Shown here one piece after another: positions 1 through 9,399 of a stretch of 64,000 nt of DNA. The stretch spans positions 448,001 to 512,000 of the forward strand of contig JAWLHY010000001.1 of the NCBI GenBank assembly GCA_041690135.1. Reading direction: 5' to 3'. This stretch comes from Armatimonadota bacterium. GTDB lineage: Bacteria; Armatimonadota; SYMT01. A model generated the notes under the pieces. The model ran no database searches and was not told the origin of the DNA. It saw only the letters and a list, made by a program, of their open reading frames with translations. The position numbers were made by a program, and so were the translations under genes. Numbering within the stretch: the first letter of the stretch is position 1; each line of letters begins with the position of its first letter.

Positions 1-3000
1 GGTCTCATCCACGCGCGTCACGCGGCGGGACAATACCTGCCACGCTGCGAGCAGCGACTCCGCGGAGACCCCCTGCAGGCCCGCCTTGCGATCAAGTCGC
101 TGTGCGGAGAGTGTCTCCGCAATCCGTCTGAGGTCGTCGGCGGGACGGCGATCCGCCTCCGGATGCCAAACGTGGAGATCGCCGGAATCCAAGGCCAGGA
201 GCACGCGTTTGCCATCGGAAGTGAACCAGGCTCGTCCGCCGTCCTGGCCGATGCGGGTAGGCACGGTCAGGGCCTCTCCCGTGCGGACGTCCCAGAGTTG
301 TGCCATTCCCTGAGCAGTGAGCGTCACGAGGCGAAGACCGTCCGGGCTGAACTCCGCGCCGGCAAGTGCGCCGGCATGTCGCAGGACCGGCGCCAGCGGT
401 TGCCGGTCGGCGATGCGCCACACGCGGACCGACCGGTTCTCCCCACAGATAACCACGAGCTTTCCATCGGGACTGAAGGCGGCATGGACTACTATGCTGT
501 CGTGTTCCAGCGGAGGTCCGATTTGCCGGCCGGTGTCCGTGTGCCAGAGCCGCACCGCACGGTCACCGCCTCCCGTGAGCAGCAGGCTACCGTCAGGATT
601 GAAGGCGAGGGTCCGGGCATCCCGGTGATGGACGTGGTAGGCGCGAACGTCATCCCGGAGCCGGCGATGGAGCAACACCTGTCCCGCATCCCAGACGGCG
701 GCCATACCCTCTCCCGCGGTGCTGACGGCGACGAGTGGACGGTGATCTCCGCGGTTGAGGGTCGGCAGCGCGATCTCTCGGGTCTCCAGTTCCCAGAGGT
801 AGACGGACCCTTGCTGGCCCACGCACAACAGGCGTCGGTCGTTCGCGGTGAACTGGAGGTGCTGAATCGTTTGCGCCTGTACCACGGTGCGACCGATAGG
901 CCGGGCAGAGGCCACGTCCCACACGCGTACCTCGCCTCCCGGAGAGGCCACGGCCGCCTGCCGCCCGGCGCTATCGAGCGCGACCGCCACCACCCGAACT
1001 CCCGGCTGGATACGAGGCCCGACCGGCTTACCGGTGCCCACCTGAAGCACCCGGATCGAACCGTCGGCCTCCGCCGAGAGCACTCGCTGCCCATCGCGCG
1101 AGGGACTCAGGGGGAGGCGGGTTACAGGATGGTGCGACTGAACCTTCGCCCCCGCGGCGGTCAGATCCCACAGAAAGACCAGGCCCTCACCGCGCGAGAG
1201 CAGGACTCGATCCCGCTGCATGTCGAGGGCCGCACTCCAACCCGGTCCCGGAAGTGTGCGGGAAGGAGCTACTTCTTCTCCCGTAAGCGGGTGCCACAGG
1301 CGGACGGTTCCCTCCGCCGTGACGGTCTGCAGCCGCGTGCCCACGGGGTCGAACGCCAGGCTGAGGACGGCCTGGTCATGCTTCATGACGCGGCCGGTCT
1401 GCGCGCCGGCCACCAGGTCCCACACCCGGACGTGCCCGCCGCAGGCCGTGGCCAGGCGCCGGCTGTCCTCGCTGAACCGGAGGGCATGGATGTTTCCTTC
1501 CGGAATCGACAGGTGGAGACGGCCGGTGACGACTTCCCACACCAGGGCGCCGTGGCCCTGCCGCCCGACGAGCCAGCGCCCGTCCGGCGAAAAGCGCAGG
1601 TAATCCGGCAGCGCCTTCATTACGTGCGGGAGAGGCTCTACTCCGCCGCGGGGCCAGAGCCGGATGTTACCATCTTCAACGGCCGTGGCCACGAACTGCC
1701 CATCGGGACTGAAGGTGGCATATCTCACCGGTTTCCCGTCTTCCAGCGTAGGGCTCGCGGACCGGCCGGTTTGTAGGTCCCATACCTGCGACCGGGTGGT
1801 GTAGGCGGCTACGACCCGGGTGCCATCCGGACTGAACTCCGCCGACCGTAGTTCGCCGGCGTGACGCAAGGGGGCCCCGAGGGGCTCGCCTTGCGCCGTA
1901 TTGACGACGTGGATCGCCTCCTCTTCGCCCGCCACCAGGAGGCGCCGGCTATCCGCCGAGAAGTAGAGCGAACGAAGCGAGCCGTCGTAAGTCAGAGTCG
2001 GGCCGATTTGCCGGCCCGAGCGGGTGTCCCACATGCGGACGGTCCGGTTTGCGAACGCGCCGGCAGCGCGGGTTCCGTCGCCACTCAGGATCAGATCGAC
2101 GGCGCGCGCGTCCGCACCCCATACCTGGCGGACCCTGGGGCTTTCGCGCAGAAGGGAAGCGATGCGCTCCCGGTGCGCTCGCGCCTGCGCATCCGTTCCT
2201 TTCCGTTCGTCCAGTTCCAGGGCCTGTACCATCCAGAGGAGGCCTTCGTAGGGACGTCCCTCCGCCACCAGGCGGTTGCCGTTGGCTACCGACACTCGCA
2301 CGAGGCTTTCCCGGTTCTCCGCCCGTTCTCGCTCGGCGGTCTTCTGGAGACGAAGGGCCCGGCGCCGTCCCAACTCCGCCATGTCGGTCGCCTCCTCGGC
2401 CCGGAGACGGAGGTCATCGGCAACGTGGCGTTGCCGGTTGGCTCGCAGTTCCGACTGCCGGGCGCGCTCGGCCTCCCGGGTCGCGCGGTTCCGTTCTCGG
2501 CGTATGTTCTCCAGCGCATAGCGCAATTGGGACAGTGCCCGCTCCTTCTCCTGGAGGGCCGCTTCCCGTTCCGCCAGCGCCAGGCGTAGCCGTTCCGCCA
2601 GCCCGTGGGCCTCCCGTTCGTTGGTGACGGCCCAGCCCGCGAGGCCGGAAACCAGCGAAAGGACGACTCCGGAGACGAGCGCGGCGCGCGTGAGGCCCCG
2701 GCGAAATGCCGCCTGCTGGCGTCGCTGCTCCGCATGGGGCAGGTGTTCCCGGATCCAGGTCCGATCGAACACGGACGCGTAAATGCGGTTACGGGGCCGG
2801 AGGTATTCTCCCAGGGGACGTACCACGCCGGCCAGTTGCAGCAGGGCGGCGAGACGGTTGGTCTCGCGGTCTCTGATGGACTGCCCCTCGTGAATCCGGG
2901 CGTAGAGATCGAGCAGCGCGGCACGGTCGGCATCGGCCTGTAGCAGGCGCTCATGCACCAGGTGCAGGTTCGGATCGCGCTTGCGGGCCCCCGGTGCGAA

Positions 3001-3960
3001 GAAGAGGCTCCGGCATACCCGGTCCACGAGGTCCTGATGATCGGACCGGGACCAGAGAGGCCGGCGCCCGGAGAGCGCAGTCCGCAGGCGAGTTGCGAGG
3101 GAACTGCCAGAAGGTGGCTTCGCCGCACGCACCTCGACCAGCGCCTCCGCCACCGCCTGGCAGAGGCGCTGGGTCAGGTAGGGCTGTCCGGCCGTCCAGT
3201 AGAGGATCCGGGCGAGAAGATTTCGCGCGTGCTGTGACGGGTTGCGGGGTGTACCGGGTGCAATACCTGCCCCGCCAGCTTCAAGGCCCGGGGCCAGGGG
3301 CCAGGCTTCTTCCGCGGTGAAGTCCGTCAACTCGATCCGGCGCCCCACGTTGAAAGGGGTGGAGCGCGGATCGCGGATCAGGTCCGCGGGAATGGCTACG
3401 CCGAGCAAGCAGAAGGTCATGCGGGCGGCGCCGGGGTTCTCGGCCCGGCGATTGTGCAGTTCCCGGATGCCGGCGAAAAACTCGTCCGAGGAGAATGGGA
3501 GGCTCTGCACCGCGTCGATCTCGTCGACGAAGACCACCAGATCGGGCGCGGTGTCGGCAGCAGGAACGGTCGAGGCCGCCGTCTCCAGGGCCGCCATGAA
3601 CCGGCGAAACGGTCCCAGGTGAAGGTGCTTACTCCAGTACCGGGCCAGTTCGGTTTCCAGGCCCAACTGTTCTCCCACCAGATCCAGCAGAGAGCGATAC
3701 CACTGCTCCGCGGTAAGGTTCTTGCCGACCGCGGTGAGATCGAGAACCACCACGCGGCGTCCCTCGCGGCGCAGGCGCGCGGCAGTTCGCACCATCAGGG
3801 AAGATTTGCCCATCTGCCGCGAGGTGAGGAGATAGCAGAGCTCTCCCCGCGAAAGGGCGGCGAACAACTCCGCATCGGCCGCGCGTTCGATGTAACAGGG
3901 GGCGTCAGGCCGGAGCGTGCCGCCGGTTACGAAGAAGGGGTTCGGAAGTTCGACGGCCAT
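1..3960 (-). CDS. AAA_35 (STAND-like) NTPase - TM helix - coiled coil - multi-WD40 protein, >1320 aa, 3' end outside window (absent from ORF track)
   Basis: Manual translation from ATG 3960: MAVELPNPFFVTGGTLRPDAPCYIERAADAELF...LTSRQMGKSS (Walker A), LVVFVDEID (Walker B), PFNVG; hydrophobic AALVSGVVLSLVSGLAGWAV at ~2626-2685; many WD-type repeats downstream. Antisense shadow ORFs at 163, 1861, 2605, 2953 and 3454 share its register and the frame is still open at base 1. Confidence 0.9.
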   Translation of the reverse strand, partial: MAVELPNPFFVTGGTLRPDAPCYIERAADAELFAALSRGELCYLLTSRQMGKSSLMVRTAARLRREGRRVVVLDLTAVGKNLTAEQWYRSLLDLVGEQLGLETELARYWSKHLHLGPFRRFMAALETAASTVPAADTAPDLVVFVDEIDAVQSLPFSSDEFFAGIRELHNRRAENPGAARMTFCLLGVAIPADLIRDPRSTPFNVGRRIELTDFTAEEAWPLAPGLEAGGAGIAPGTPRNPSQHARNLLARILYWTAGQPYLTQRLCQAVAEALVEVRAAKPPSGSSLATRLRTALSGRRPLWSRSDHQDLVDRVCRSLFFAPGARKRDPNLHLVHERLLQADADRAALLDLYARIHEGQSIRDRETNRLAALLQLAGVVRPLGEYLRPRNRIYASVFDRTWIREHLPHAEQRRQQAAFRRGLTRAALVSGVVLSLVSGLAGWAVTNEREAHGLAERLRLALAEREAALQEKERALSQLRYALENIRRERNRATREAERARQSELRANRQRHVADDLRLRAEEATDMAELGRRRALRLQKTAERERAENRESLVRVSVANGNRLVAEGRPYEGLLWMVQALELDERKGTDAQARAHRERIASLLRESPRVRQVWGADARAVDLILSGDGTRAAGAFANRTVRMWDTRSGRQIGPTLTYDGSLRSLYFSADSRRLLVAGEEEAIHVVNTAQGEPLGAPLRHAGELRSAEFSPDGTRVVAAYTTRSQVWDLQTGRSASPTLEDGKPVRYATFSPDGQFVATAVEDGNIRLWPRGGVEPLPHVMKALPDYLRFSPDGRWLVGRQGHGALVWEVVTGRLHLSIPEGNIHALRFSEDSRRLATACGGHVRVWDLVAGAQTGRVMKHDQAVLSLAFDPVGTRLQTVTAEGTVRLWHPLTGEEVAPSRTLPGPGWSAALDMQRDRVLLSRGEGLVFLWDLTAAGAKVQSHHPVTRLPLSPSRDGQRVLSAEADGSIRVLQVGTGKPVGPRIQPGVRVVAVALDSAGRQAAVASPGGEVRVWDVASARPIGRTVVQAQTIQHLQFTANDRRLLCVGQQGSVYLWELETREIALPTLNRGDHRPLVAVSTAGEGMAAVWDAGQVLLHRRLRDDVRAYHVHHRDARTLAFNPDGSLLLTGGGDRAVRLWHTDTGRQIGPPLEHDSIVVHAAFSPDGKLVVICGENRSVRVWRIADRQPLAPVLRHAGALAGAEFSPDGLRLVTLTAQGMAQLWDVRTGEALTVPTRIGQDGGRAWFTSDGKRVLLALDSGDLHVWHPEADRRPADDLRRIAETLSAQRLDRKAGLQGVSAESLLAAWQVLSRRVTRVDET

Positions 3961-4042
3961 GGTGTTCCACTCCGTAGCTGGAAATGTACCGCGCTCTTTC
4001 GAGAACGCGGGCCGCAGTGCGGCGCCCTACGCGAGGCCGGCG

Positions 4043-5911
4043 TTAGCTCATGGGCGGGCAGCCATCGCGCGCCAGCCGGCGCCGGAGGTACGCGGCGTCG
4101 AGCTGGCAGCGGAAACGCGCGTCACGCGGAGCGAGGCCGGCGAGTATCCCGGCACTCCGAAGGCGATAGAAGTGCCCTTCCGGCGGCGGAGCCCCTCGCG
4201 CCAACAACTGGTCCACCGTTGCACACAGCTCCGGGTCCTGACCGAGAGCGGTGGCGAGGCGCTGAAGATGGTCCTGAAAAATGCCGCTCCCCTCGTCCGC
4301 CATCCGCAGGATCGCCCCCACCGTCAGCCCGTGATGGGATATTTCGTGGAAGGCCCGCCGGATCAGGTAGGGATGGCCACCCAGGAGGCCCATCAACGCC
4401 GCCAGCTCCGAAGGAGAGAGGGAGGAGAGACCGTAGCGAACCGCCAGGTCCGCGACCTGCGCCGGTTCGAAGTCGCCCACTTCCAGGCGGAGCCCCACGT
4501 TGAACGGGGATTGGTTCAGGTCGGTCACGAACAGGTGCGCTTCGGTGGCATAGGTAAGCGCGAGAGAGAGCCGGGACCACGGCCCGTTGGGGTCGAGGGC
4601 GCGCTCGTTGTGCCAGGAACGGAAGAGCCCAAATACCTCGCTGGCGTAAGGATAGGTGAAGAGCCGGTCCACCTCGTCCAGGGCCCAGACCAGGGGAGTG
4701 GAGGGGTTCGTGAGCACCTCCCGGCGCAGATAGCGACGCAGGTTCTGGTTGGGCCCGAACTGCGCGTCCCAGGTATCGCGCGGAAAGGTGTTCAACTCCA
4801 ACTGCTCCGCGAGACTTCCGGCCAGTGCCTGGAGAACGCCATCGAGCGAAGAGAGCTGTGCGGCGGAAAGGGTCTGGAGATCGGTGAAGACGACGCCGGC
4901 CCCCTGGCGCCGGGCTTCCTGGAGACCACGGGCCAGGAGGGAGGTCTTGCCGGTCTGGCGGGGACCCTTGATGAGCACCAGACTCTCCCGGCGCGCGAGC
5001 GCGCGCTCCAACTCGGCGTCCACCGTCCGCCGCACGTAAAAGGGCGAGTCGAGCGGGACGGCTCCTCCCAGAGACTCCAATACCACCCGGGAATCCGGTT
5101 CCGCGACTCGGACCGCGGGGGACGGGACGGGGACGAACCAACCGGTCTCGGCGCGCGGAGTGTCGCCCGCCTGCGCTTCGCGGATCGCCTGGAGGAGTGC
5201 TTCGCTTTCGGCTGAGGGCAGCCGCCCGAGCTCGTGCTGGAGGACACGAGCCATTTCCCGGTAATGCTGCAGCGCGAGGGCCGGCCTGCCGGCGGCGAGG
5301 TAGAGCCGGCAAAGGCGGGCGTGCTCCTGTTCGGAGAGGGGGTTGAAACTGATGGCGCGGGCGGCAAGCTCAATCGCCGTCTCCCACTCCCGTCGCTCTT
5401 CCAAGAGATCGAGCAGTTCCCGCAGGCAGGCGTCTTGCTGGGCCGCCAGCCGCACCTGCTCCGGAACCAGCCATTCCGCGCTGTAGCCGTGGAGCAATTC
5501 TCCCTGGTAGAGCGCCACCACCCGGCGCAGCTCTTCGCAGCGGACTGGGGGAGGGGCCGCACGCGCCCTTGCGCAGGCCGTCTGGAATTCGGCGACGTCC
5601 GTTTCTATCCGGGTCGCTTCGAGCCATACGGAGTTGCGGTCGGCATGCAAGATCTCCTCCGGCTGGATTCCCAGGGGGGCAAGGTCGTGTCGCAGAGCCC
5701 AGAGAGCCGTACTGAGACTATTGCGCCCGGCGTTTTCCGGACATTCCGGCCAGAACCGCTCGATCAAGTCGGCCCGGCGGTGGGCCTGCGGGTAGTAACC
5801 GAGGTAGGCGAGCAAAGCCCCGGTTTTCTCCGTACGGAAGCGGCAGACGCTGCGATCAGCCACACGGGCAACGAGCCCACCGAACAGCTCGAGGCGAAGG
5901 CGCAAAGACAA
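4043..5911 (-). CDS. SARP-type wHTH/BTAD transcriptional activator fused to AAA_35 NTPase
   Basis: LELFGG...LLAYL...FWPE...NSLSTALWALR; LYQGELLHG..EWL; PLSEQEHARLCRLY (BTAD); GGAVPLDSPFYVRR, GPRQTGKTS, LDEVD, SPFNVG, GGHPYL. Confidence 0.92.
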   Translation of the reverse strand: MSLRLRLELFGGLVARVADRSVCRFRTEKTGALLAYLGYYPQAHRRADLIERFWPECPENAGRNSLSTALWALRHDLAPLGIQPEEILHADRNSVWLEATRIETDVAEFQTACARARAAPPPVRCEELRRVVALYQGELLHGYSAEWLVPEQVRLAAQQDACLRELLDLLEERREWETAIELAARAISFNPLSEQEHARLCRLYLAAGRPALALQHYREMARVLQHELGRLPSAESEALLQAIREAQAGDTPRAETGWFVPVPSPAVRVAEPDSRVVLESLGGAVPLDSPFYVRRTVDAELERALARRESLVLIKGPRQTGKTSLLARGLQEARRQGAGVVFTDLQTLSAAQLSSLDGVLQALAGSLAEQLELNTFPRDTWDAQFGPNQNLRRYLRREVLTNPSTPLVWALDEVDRLFTYPYASEVFGLFRSWHNERALDPNGPWSRLSLALTYATEAHLFVTDLNQSPFNVGLRLEVGDFEPAQVADLAVRYGLSSLSPSELAALMGLLGGHPYLIRRAFHEISHHGLTVGAILRMADEGSGIFQDHLQRLATALGQDPELCATVDQLLARGAPPPEGHFYRLRSAGILAGLAPRDARFRCQLDAAYLRRRLARDGCPPMS

Positions 5912-5926
5912 AAGGAAACCCCAGTT

Positions 5927-7429
5927 TCAGGTTGTCGGAGCGGTGGACACTTGCAGTTCCCGCAAGCGCCGGGCCGCCAGTCGCGAATGGTGCGTGTCGA
6001 GGTTCATGGCTACGGCCTGCTGCCAGGCGACGACCGCGTTGTGGTAATCCCCCGATGCCAGGAGACACTCGCCGTAGTAATAGAGCGCGCCTGGCCGGAA
6101 TACCGGGTCGGGGTAGGTCTGGAAGTAGGCCTCCCAATGTTCCTGGCAGCGCGTTAGATCCCCCAGCGCATAGCACGCTCTTGCCACCATCGCCCGGCAG
6201 AGCGACTGCGTTTGCCGGTCGGCACTGAAGTGCGGCGCCTGGGTCTGCACTTCCCATATCTTCCGCTGTGCCTCGTCCGTGCGCCCCAAGGCGGCGAAGT
6301 ACCAGGCCTGTGCCGCCGTGCACCAGAGCGACAACTTGTCGTCCCCGTCCATTTCCGGCAGCGCACGATCCAGGTAGTCGATGGCGAGCTCCAGGTTTCC
6401 CTCTTCGGCTTCCAGCCAGGATAGCCCCAGGTCAATCGTGGCCCGGCCGCGCCGCTCCAGATCGGGTTGCGGGTAAGGCTGCGCGGCTCGGGACGCTTCG
6501 AAGCCCTCGCGGGCCTCCACGAAATGACCCATAATGCGCAGGCATTCCGCGCGAGTCATGTGGGCTAGCCGGCCGGCGGAGGGGTGGAGCGCCGCGGCCT
6601 CCTCACAGTGCCGGATCGCGTCCTCGAGCTTCCCGTGCTTCATCTCCACGTCGGCCAACTGTGCCAGCAACTCGCCCGTCAGGTGCTTGTTGCCGGTTTC
6701 GCGCGCCAGTTCGTAACCCTTGCGCCGGTGCACCTCGGCGGCCTCCAGGTTCGCCACACCGGAGTAGCCGAGTGCGGCGATGGAGTGCGCCATGATCAGG
6801 AGCTGCTTGAGGGGCTTGAGCGGAATCGCCTCTTCGGCATACCGGATCGCGTCGGAAGGACGGCCCGCGTTATAGGCGGCCAAACCAAGCTGCAGCAGGG
6901 CCTGGGCTTTAACCAGCGTGTTCCACTCCGGGATGAGGGGCAGGGCCTTGCCGTAGGCCTCACAGGCCAGCGCATACTTGTGCTGTTTGTCGAGAAAGTT
7001 CCCGCGGGTCAAATAGAAGCCGGCATCAAGCTGCGCTCCGGCCAGGACCTGCTCGGCGCGGCGCTCCTCGGCCTGCGACTCCGCCTGTTGGCCCAACCCG
7101 TCCAGGCAGTCAGCGAGCAGCAGGCGCTGGCGGGCCTCGTCCGCCGCCTTCGGCTTCCTCGCCAGTAACTGTCGGCAGAGGTCGGCCGCTTCCTGGTAGC
7201 GGCCTTCCTGCATATAGCTCCACACCAGGCCCTGCCGCCACTCCGCACGCGCCCGGTCCCCGAAAACCGAGGGCAGGCGCGTTACCAACTCGCGCAGTTG
7301 GCGCAGACGCTTCTGGTCGCCCCGGGTCTCCAGGAAGACCGCAAGCATACCCAGGCCCAGAAATACGCCCAGCTCGTAGACCCCGAGGATCAAGAGCAGG
7401 AGCCGGATCAGCGCGGGCCAGTCGGTCAT
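5927..7429 (-). CDS. Membrane-anchored TPR protein
   Basis: N-terminal hydrophobic segment followed by about ten TPR-like helical repeats. Confidence 0.85.
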   Translation of the reverse strand: MTDWPALIRLLLLILGVYELGVFLGLGMLAVFLETRGDQKRLRQLRELVTRLPSVFGDRARAEWRQGLVWSYMQEGRYQEAADLCRQLLARKPKAADEARQRLLLADCLDGLGQQAESQAEERRAEQVLAGAQLDAGFYLTRGNFLDKQHKYALACEAYGKALPLIPEWNTLVKAQALLQLGLAAYNAGRPSDAIRYAEEAIPLKPLKQLLIMAHSIAALGYSGVANLEAAEVHRRKGYELARETGNKHLTGELLAQLADVEMKHGKLEDAIRHCEEAAALHPSAGRLAHMTRAECLRIMGHFVEAREGFEASRAAQPYPQPDLERRGRATIDLGLSWLEAEEGNLELAIDYLDRALPEMDGDDKLSLWCTAAQAWYFAALGRTDEAQRKIWEVQTQAPHFSADRQTQSLCRAMVARACYALGDLTRCQEHWEAYFQTYPDPVFRPGALYYYGECLLASGDYHNAVVAWQQAVAMNLDTHHSRLAARRLRELQVSTAPTT

Positions 7430-7433
7430 GGGT

Positions 7434-8477
7434 TTACCGGACCCGGAAGGTCTTCAAGGGAGTGTTGGCGCCCCTGGAGACGGTGTAATGATCGCCTTCG
7501 ACCCGGACGCGCAGGAACTCACCCGAGCACTTCTCCTCCATATTCGCGATGAACTCCGGCTGGGTGTTGTCGTTCGGACCGGTGGTGATATTGCGATGGA
7601 GCTGGAAGATGCCCTCCAGCGTGGGGCTCTTCTTCAGCGTGGCATAGGTCGCCGCTGCTCCGCCCTTCTTCGGCCCGTTGCAAATAACCGCGCACCGTGG
7701 CTTGATCGCCTCGATCACGGCCGGGTTGTTGCTGGAGTCGGAGCCGTGATGGGTGACCTGGAACAGGTCTACCTCTCCCACGCGGTTCTTCGGGCAGGTC
7801 AGCTTGTGCTCGATATTCCAGGTAAGATCGCCGCAGTTCAGGAAGTCGAACCGTCCATACTTGAACAACAGCGCGATGCTTTTGCCGTTATCCGAGTTAT
7901 CCACCGGCTTGGAGGGGTGGCGCTTGCAGGAATGGCCCAGCTCCTTCTTGCCCTCGCCGAGGACTTTCCCCGAAGCAGCCACCACCTTGAGCTCGGCCGG
8001 CACCCCGCCGCCATTCAGCGGCAGGCGATCGCCCGGCTTCAGCATCGAGGTCTTTCCGCCGCTGGCCCGCTTGTAGGCCGCCATCAGGATAGGGAATCCG
8101 CGCGGGTCTTCCGGCAGGCTCTCCGGAATACCACGGTCCCAGTAGTGCCGCACCGGCATCAGCTTGGCGAGGTACTCGATTCCGCCGTAGTGGTCCGTGT
8201 GCCAGTGCGTGGTGACATAGTGGTCGATCTGGCTCAGCCCGGCCACGTAGCGGGCGGCATGCTCGATCCGCTTGGCGTCCCGTCCGTCCTCGCGGGGCCA
8301 GCCGCAATCGACGAGCACGGATTCCCCGCGAGGGGTGACCATCAGCGTGGCGGCGCCGCCTTCCACGTCGATGAAGTAGATGTCGAGGGGGCGGACCGGG
8401 GCCGCCTGGGGTCGGGAGTTGGAGGAAAAGGCCAGTGCGGCGGCGACGCCGACGGTGATGGCGATGATCCGTTTCAT
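7434..8477 (-). CDS. Secreted MBL-fold metallohydrolase (ComEC/Rec2-like)
   Basis: Signal peptide MKRIIAITVGVAAALA; FIDVEGGAATL, THWHTDHYGG, GDL, HHG motifs. Confidence 0.9.
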   Translation of the reverse strand: MKRIIAITVGVAAALAFSSNSRPQAAPVRPLDIYFIDVEGGAATLMVTPRGESVLVDCGWPREDGRDAKRIEHAARYVAGLSQIDHYVTTHWHTDHYGGIEYLAKLMPVRHYWDRGIPESLPEDPRGFPILMAAYKRASGGKTSMLKPGDRLPLNGGGVPAELKVVAASGKVLGEGKKELGHSCKRHPSKPVDNSDNGKSIALLFKYGRFDFLNCGDLTWNIEHKLTCPKNRVGEVDLFQVTHHGSDSSNNPAVIEAIKPRCAVICNGPKKGGAAATYATLKKSPTLEGIFQLHRNITTGPNDNTQPEFIANMEEKCSGEFLRVRVEGDHYTVSRGANTPLKTFRVR

Positions 8478-8602
8478 AGGCACACTCTTGAGGAAAGGGA
8501 CTACCGAAGGTACATAGCCCGGACTCTTAGTACAGAATTGTGCGTGCGGCGGGAGAATCCTCGTACCCTACGGCGATAGAGGCCCGCTTTTTGATTCCAT
8601 CG

Positions 8603-8902
8603 ATGCAACTCACCACCAAACAACGCGCGTACCTGCGCAGCCTGGGGCAGGAGCTTCGGGTCCAGCTACACATCGGTCACGAAGGCTACACGGAAGGAGT
8701 CCAGCGCTCGCTGGAAGAGCTGTTCAAGCGGCGAGAACTGGTAAAGGTCCGGGTGCTGAACACCACGGAAGAAGAGCCGAAGGAAGTGGCCGAGCGGATG
8801 GCGGAAGCTGCCCGGGCCGCCGTGGTCGGCGTGGTCGGCAAAACGTTCGTCCTCTACCGCCCGAACCCCGATCTTAAGGAGCCGATCGTGCTTCCCCGTT
8901 AA
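8603..8902 (+). CDS. yhbY: CRM-domain RNA-binding protein YhbY
   Basis: MQLTTKQRAYLRSLG...IGHEG...ELVKVRVL...VGKTFVLYR; start moved to ATG 8603. Confidence 0.92.
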   Translation: MQLTTKQRAYLRSLGQELRVQLHIGHEGYTEGVQRSLEELFKRRELVKVRVLNTTEEEPKEVAERMAEAARAAVVGVVGKTFVLYRPNPDLKEPIVLPR

Positions 8903-8904
8903 AG

Positions 8905-8977
8905 GATAAGGAACCGGGGAAGATAACGAACCGGGAAGATAAGGAACCGGGAAGATAAGGAACCGGGAAGATAAGGA
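8905..8977 (+). repeat. Purine-rich 16-bp tandem repeat GATAAGGAACCGGGAA, ~4.5 copies
   Basis: Units start at 8905 (17 bp), 8922, 8938 and 8954, with a partial unit at 8970. Confidence 0.95.
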
Positions 8978-9044
8978 TAAAGACGAGGATGGTCTGATTT
9001 GGCTCCGAGACGGACGCGAATGGGCTAGCCCGCCAGGCTAATAC

Positions 9045-9303
9045 GCGTCATTGCGAGCCCCGACCGGTAGGCCAGAGGCGACGCATGCCGTGATCTGGAT
9101 CGCGCCGTATGCGAATGCGCGGTACGTCCTTTGCGGGAGGTGGCAATCCCCGGGTGAGCGGAGGTAGGGATTTGATTCCAGCGGGCCGTCCGCCGGTTTG
9201 GGCCTCCGCTGTCGGTTCTGCAAAGCCTGCGTGGTGTGGCGGAGGTGGCGGCGCGGAATACAGTGGGATTGCCGCGGTCGCTAAGGCTCCCTCGCAATGA
9301 CGC
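9045..9303. repeat. CGTC-tagged palindromic (REP/RPE-like) element
   Basis: Perfect 13-bp terminal inverted repeats GCGTCATTGCGAG (9045-9057) / CTCGCAATGACGC (9291-9303); inner pair GGCAATCCC (9142-9150) / GGGATTGCC (9265-9273). Confidence 0.8.
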
Positions 9304-9399
9304 CGTCTTCCCCTCGGTTCTGGCTTCGCCAGATTGAGGTGACTGGGTGATGGGAGAGGACCGGGCGTCTCCGTTGTCCTCTCCCAGATTCTGGAACTG

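Noticed and set aside
163-5215. Long + strand ORFs (537, 242, 349, 432 aa)
   Set aside because: Antisense shadows of the AAA_35 genes; no recognisable motifs
8905-8977. Possible CRISPR array
   Set aside because: Contiguous 16-bp units with no spacers and no cas genes; the nearby DinG is YoaA-like with no type IV cas context
9025-9300. Short ORFs or a known ncRNA (RNase P, tmRNA, SRP) in the yhbY-dedA gap
   Set aside because: No hallmark motifs recognised; better explained by the palindromic element
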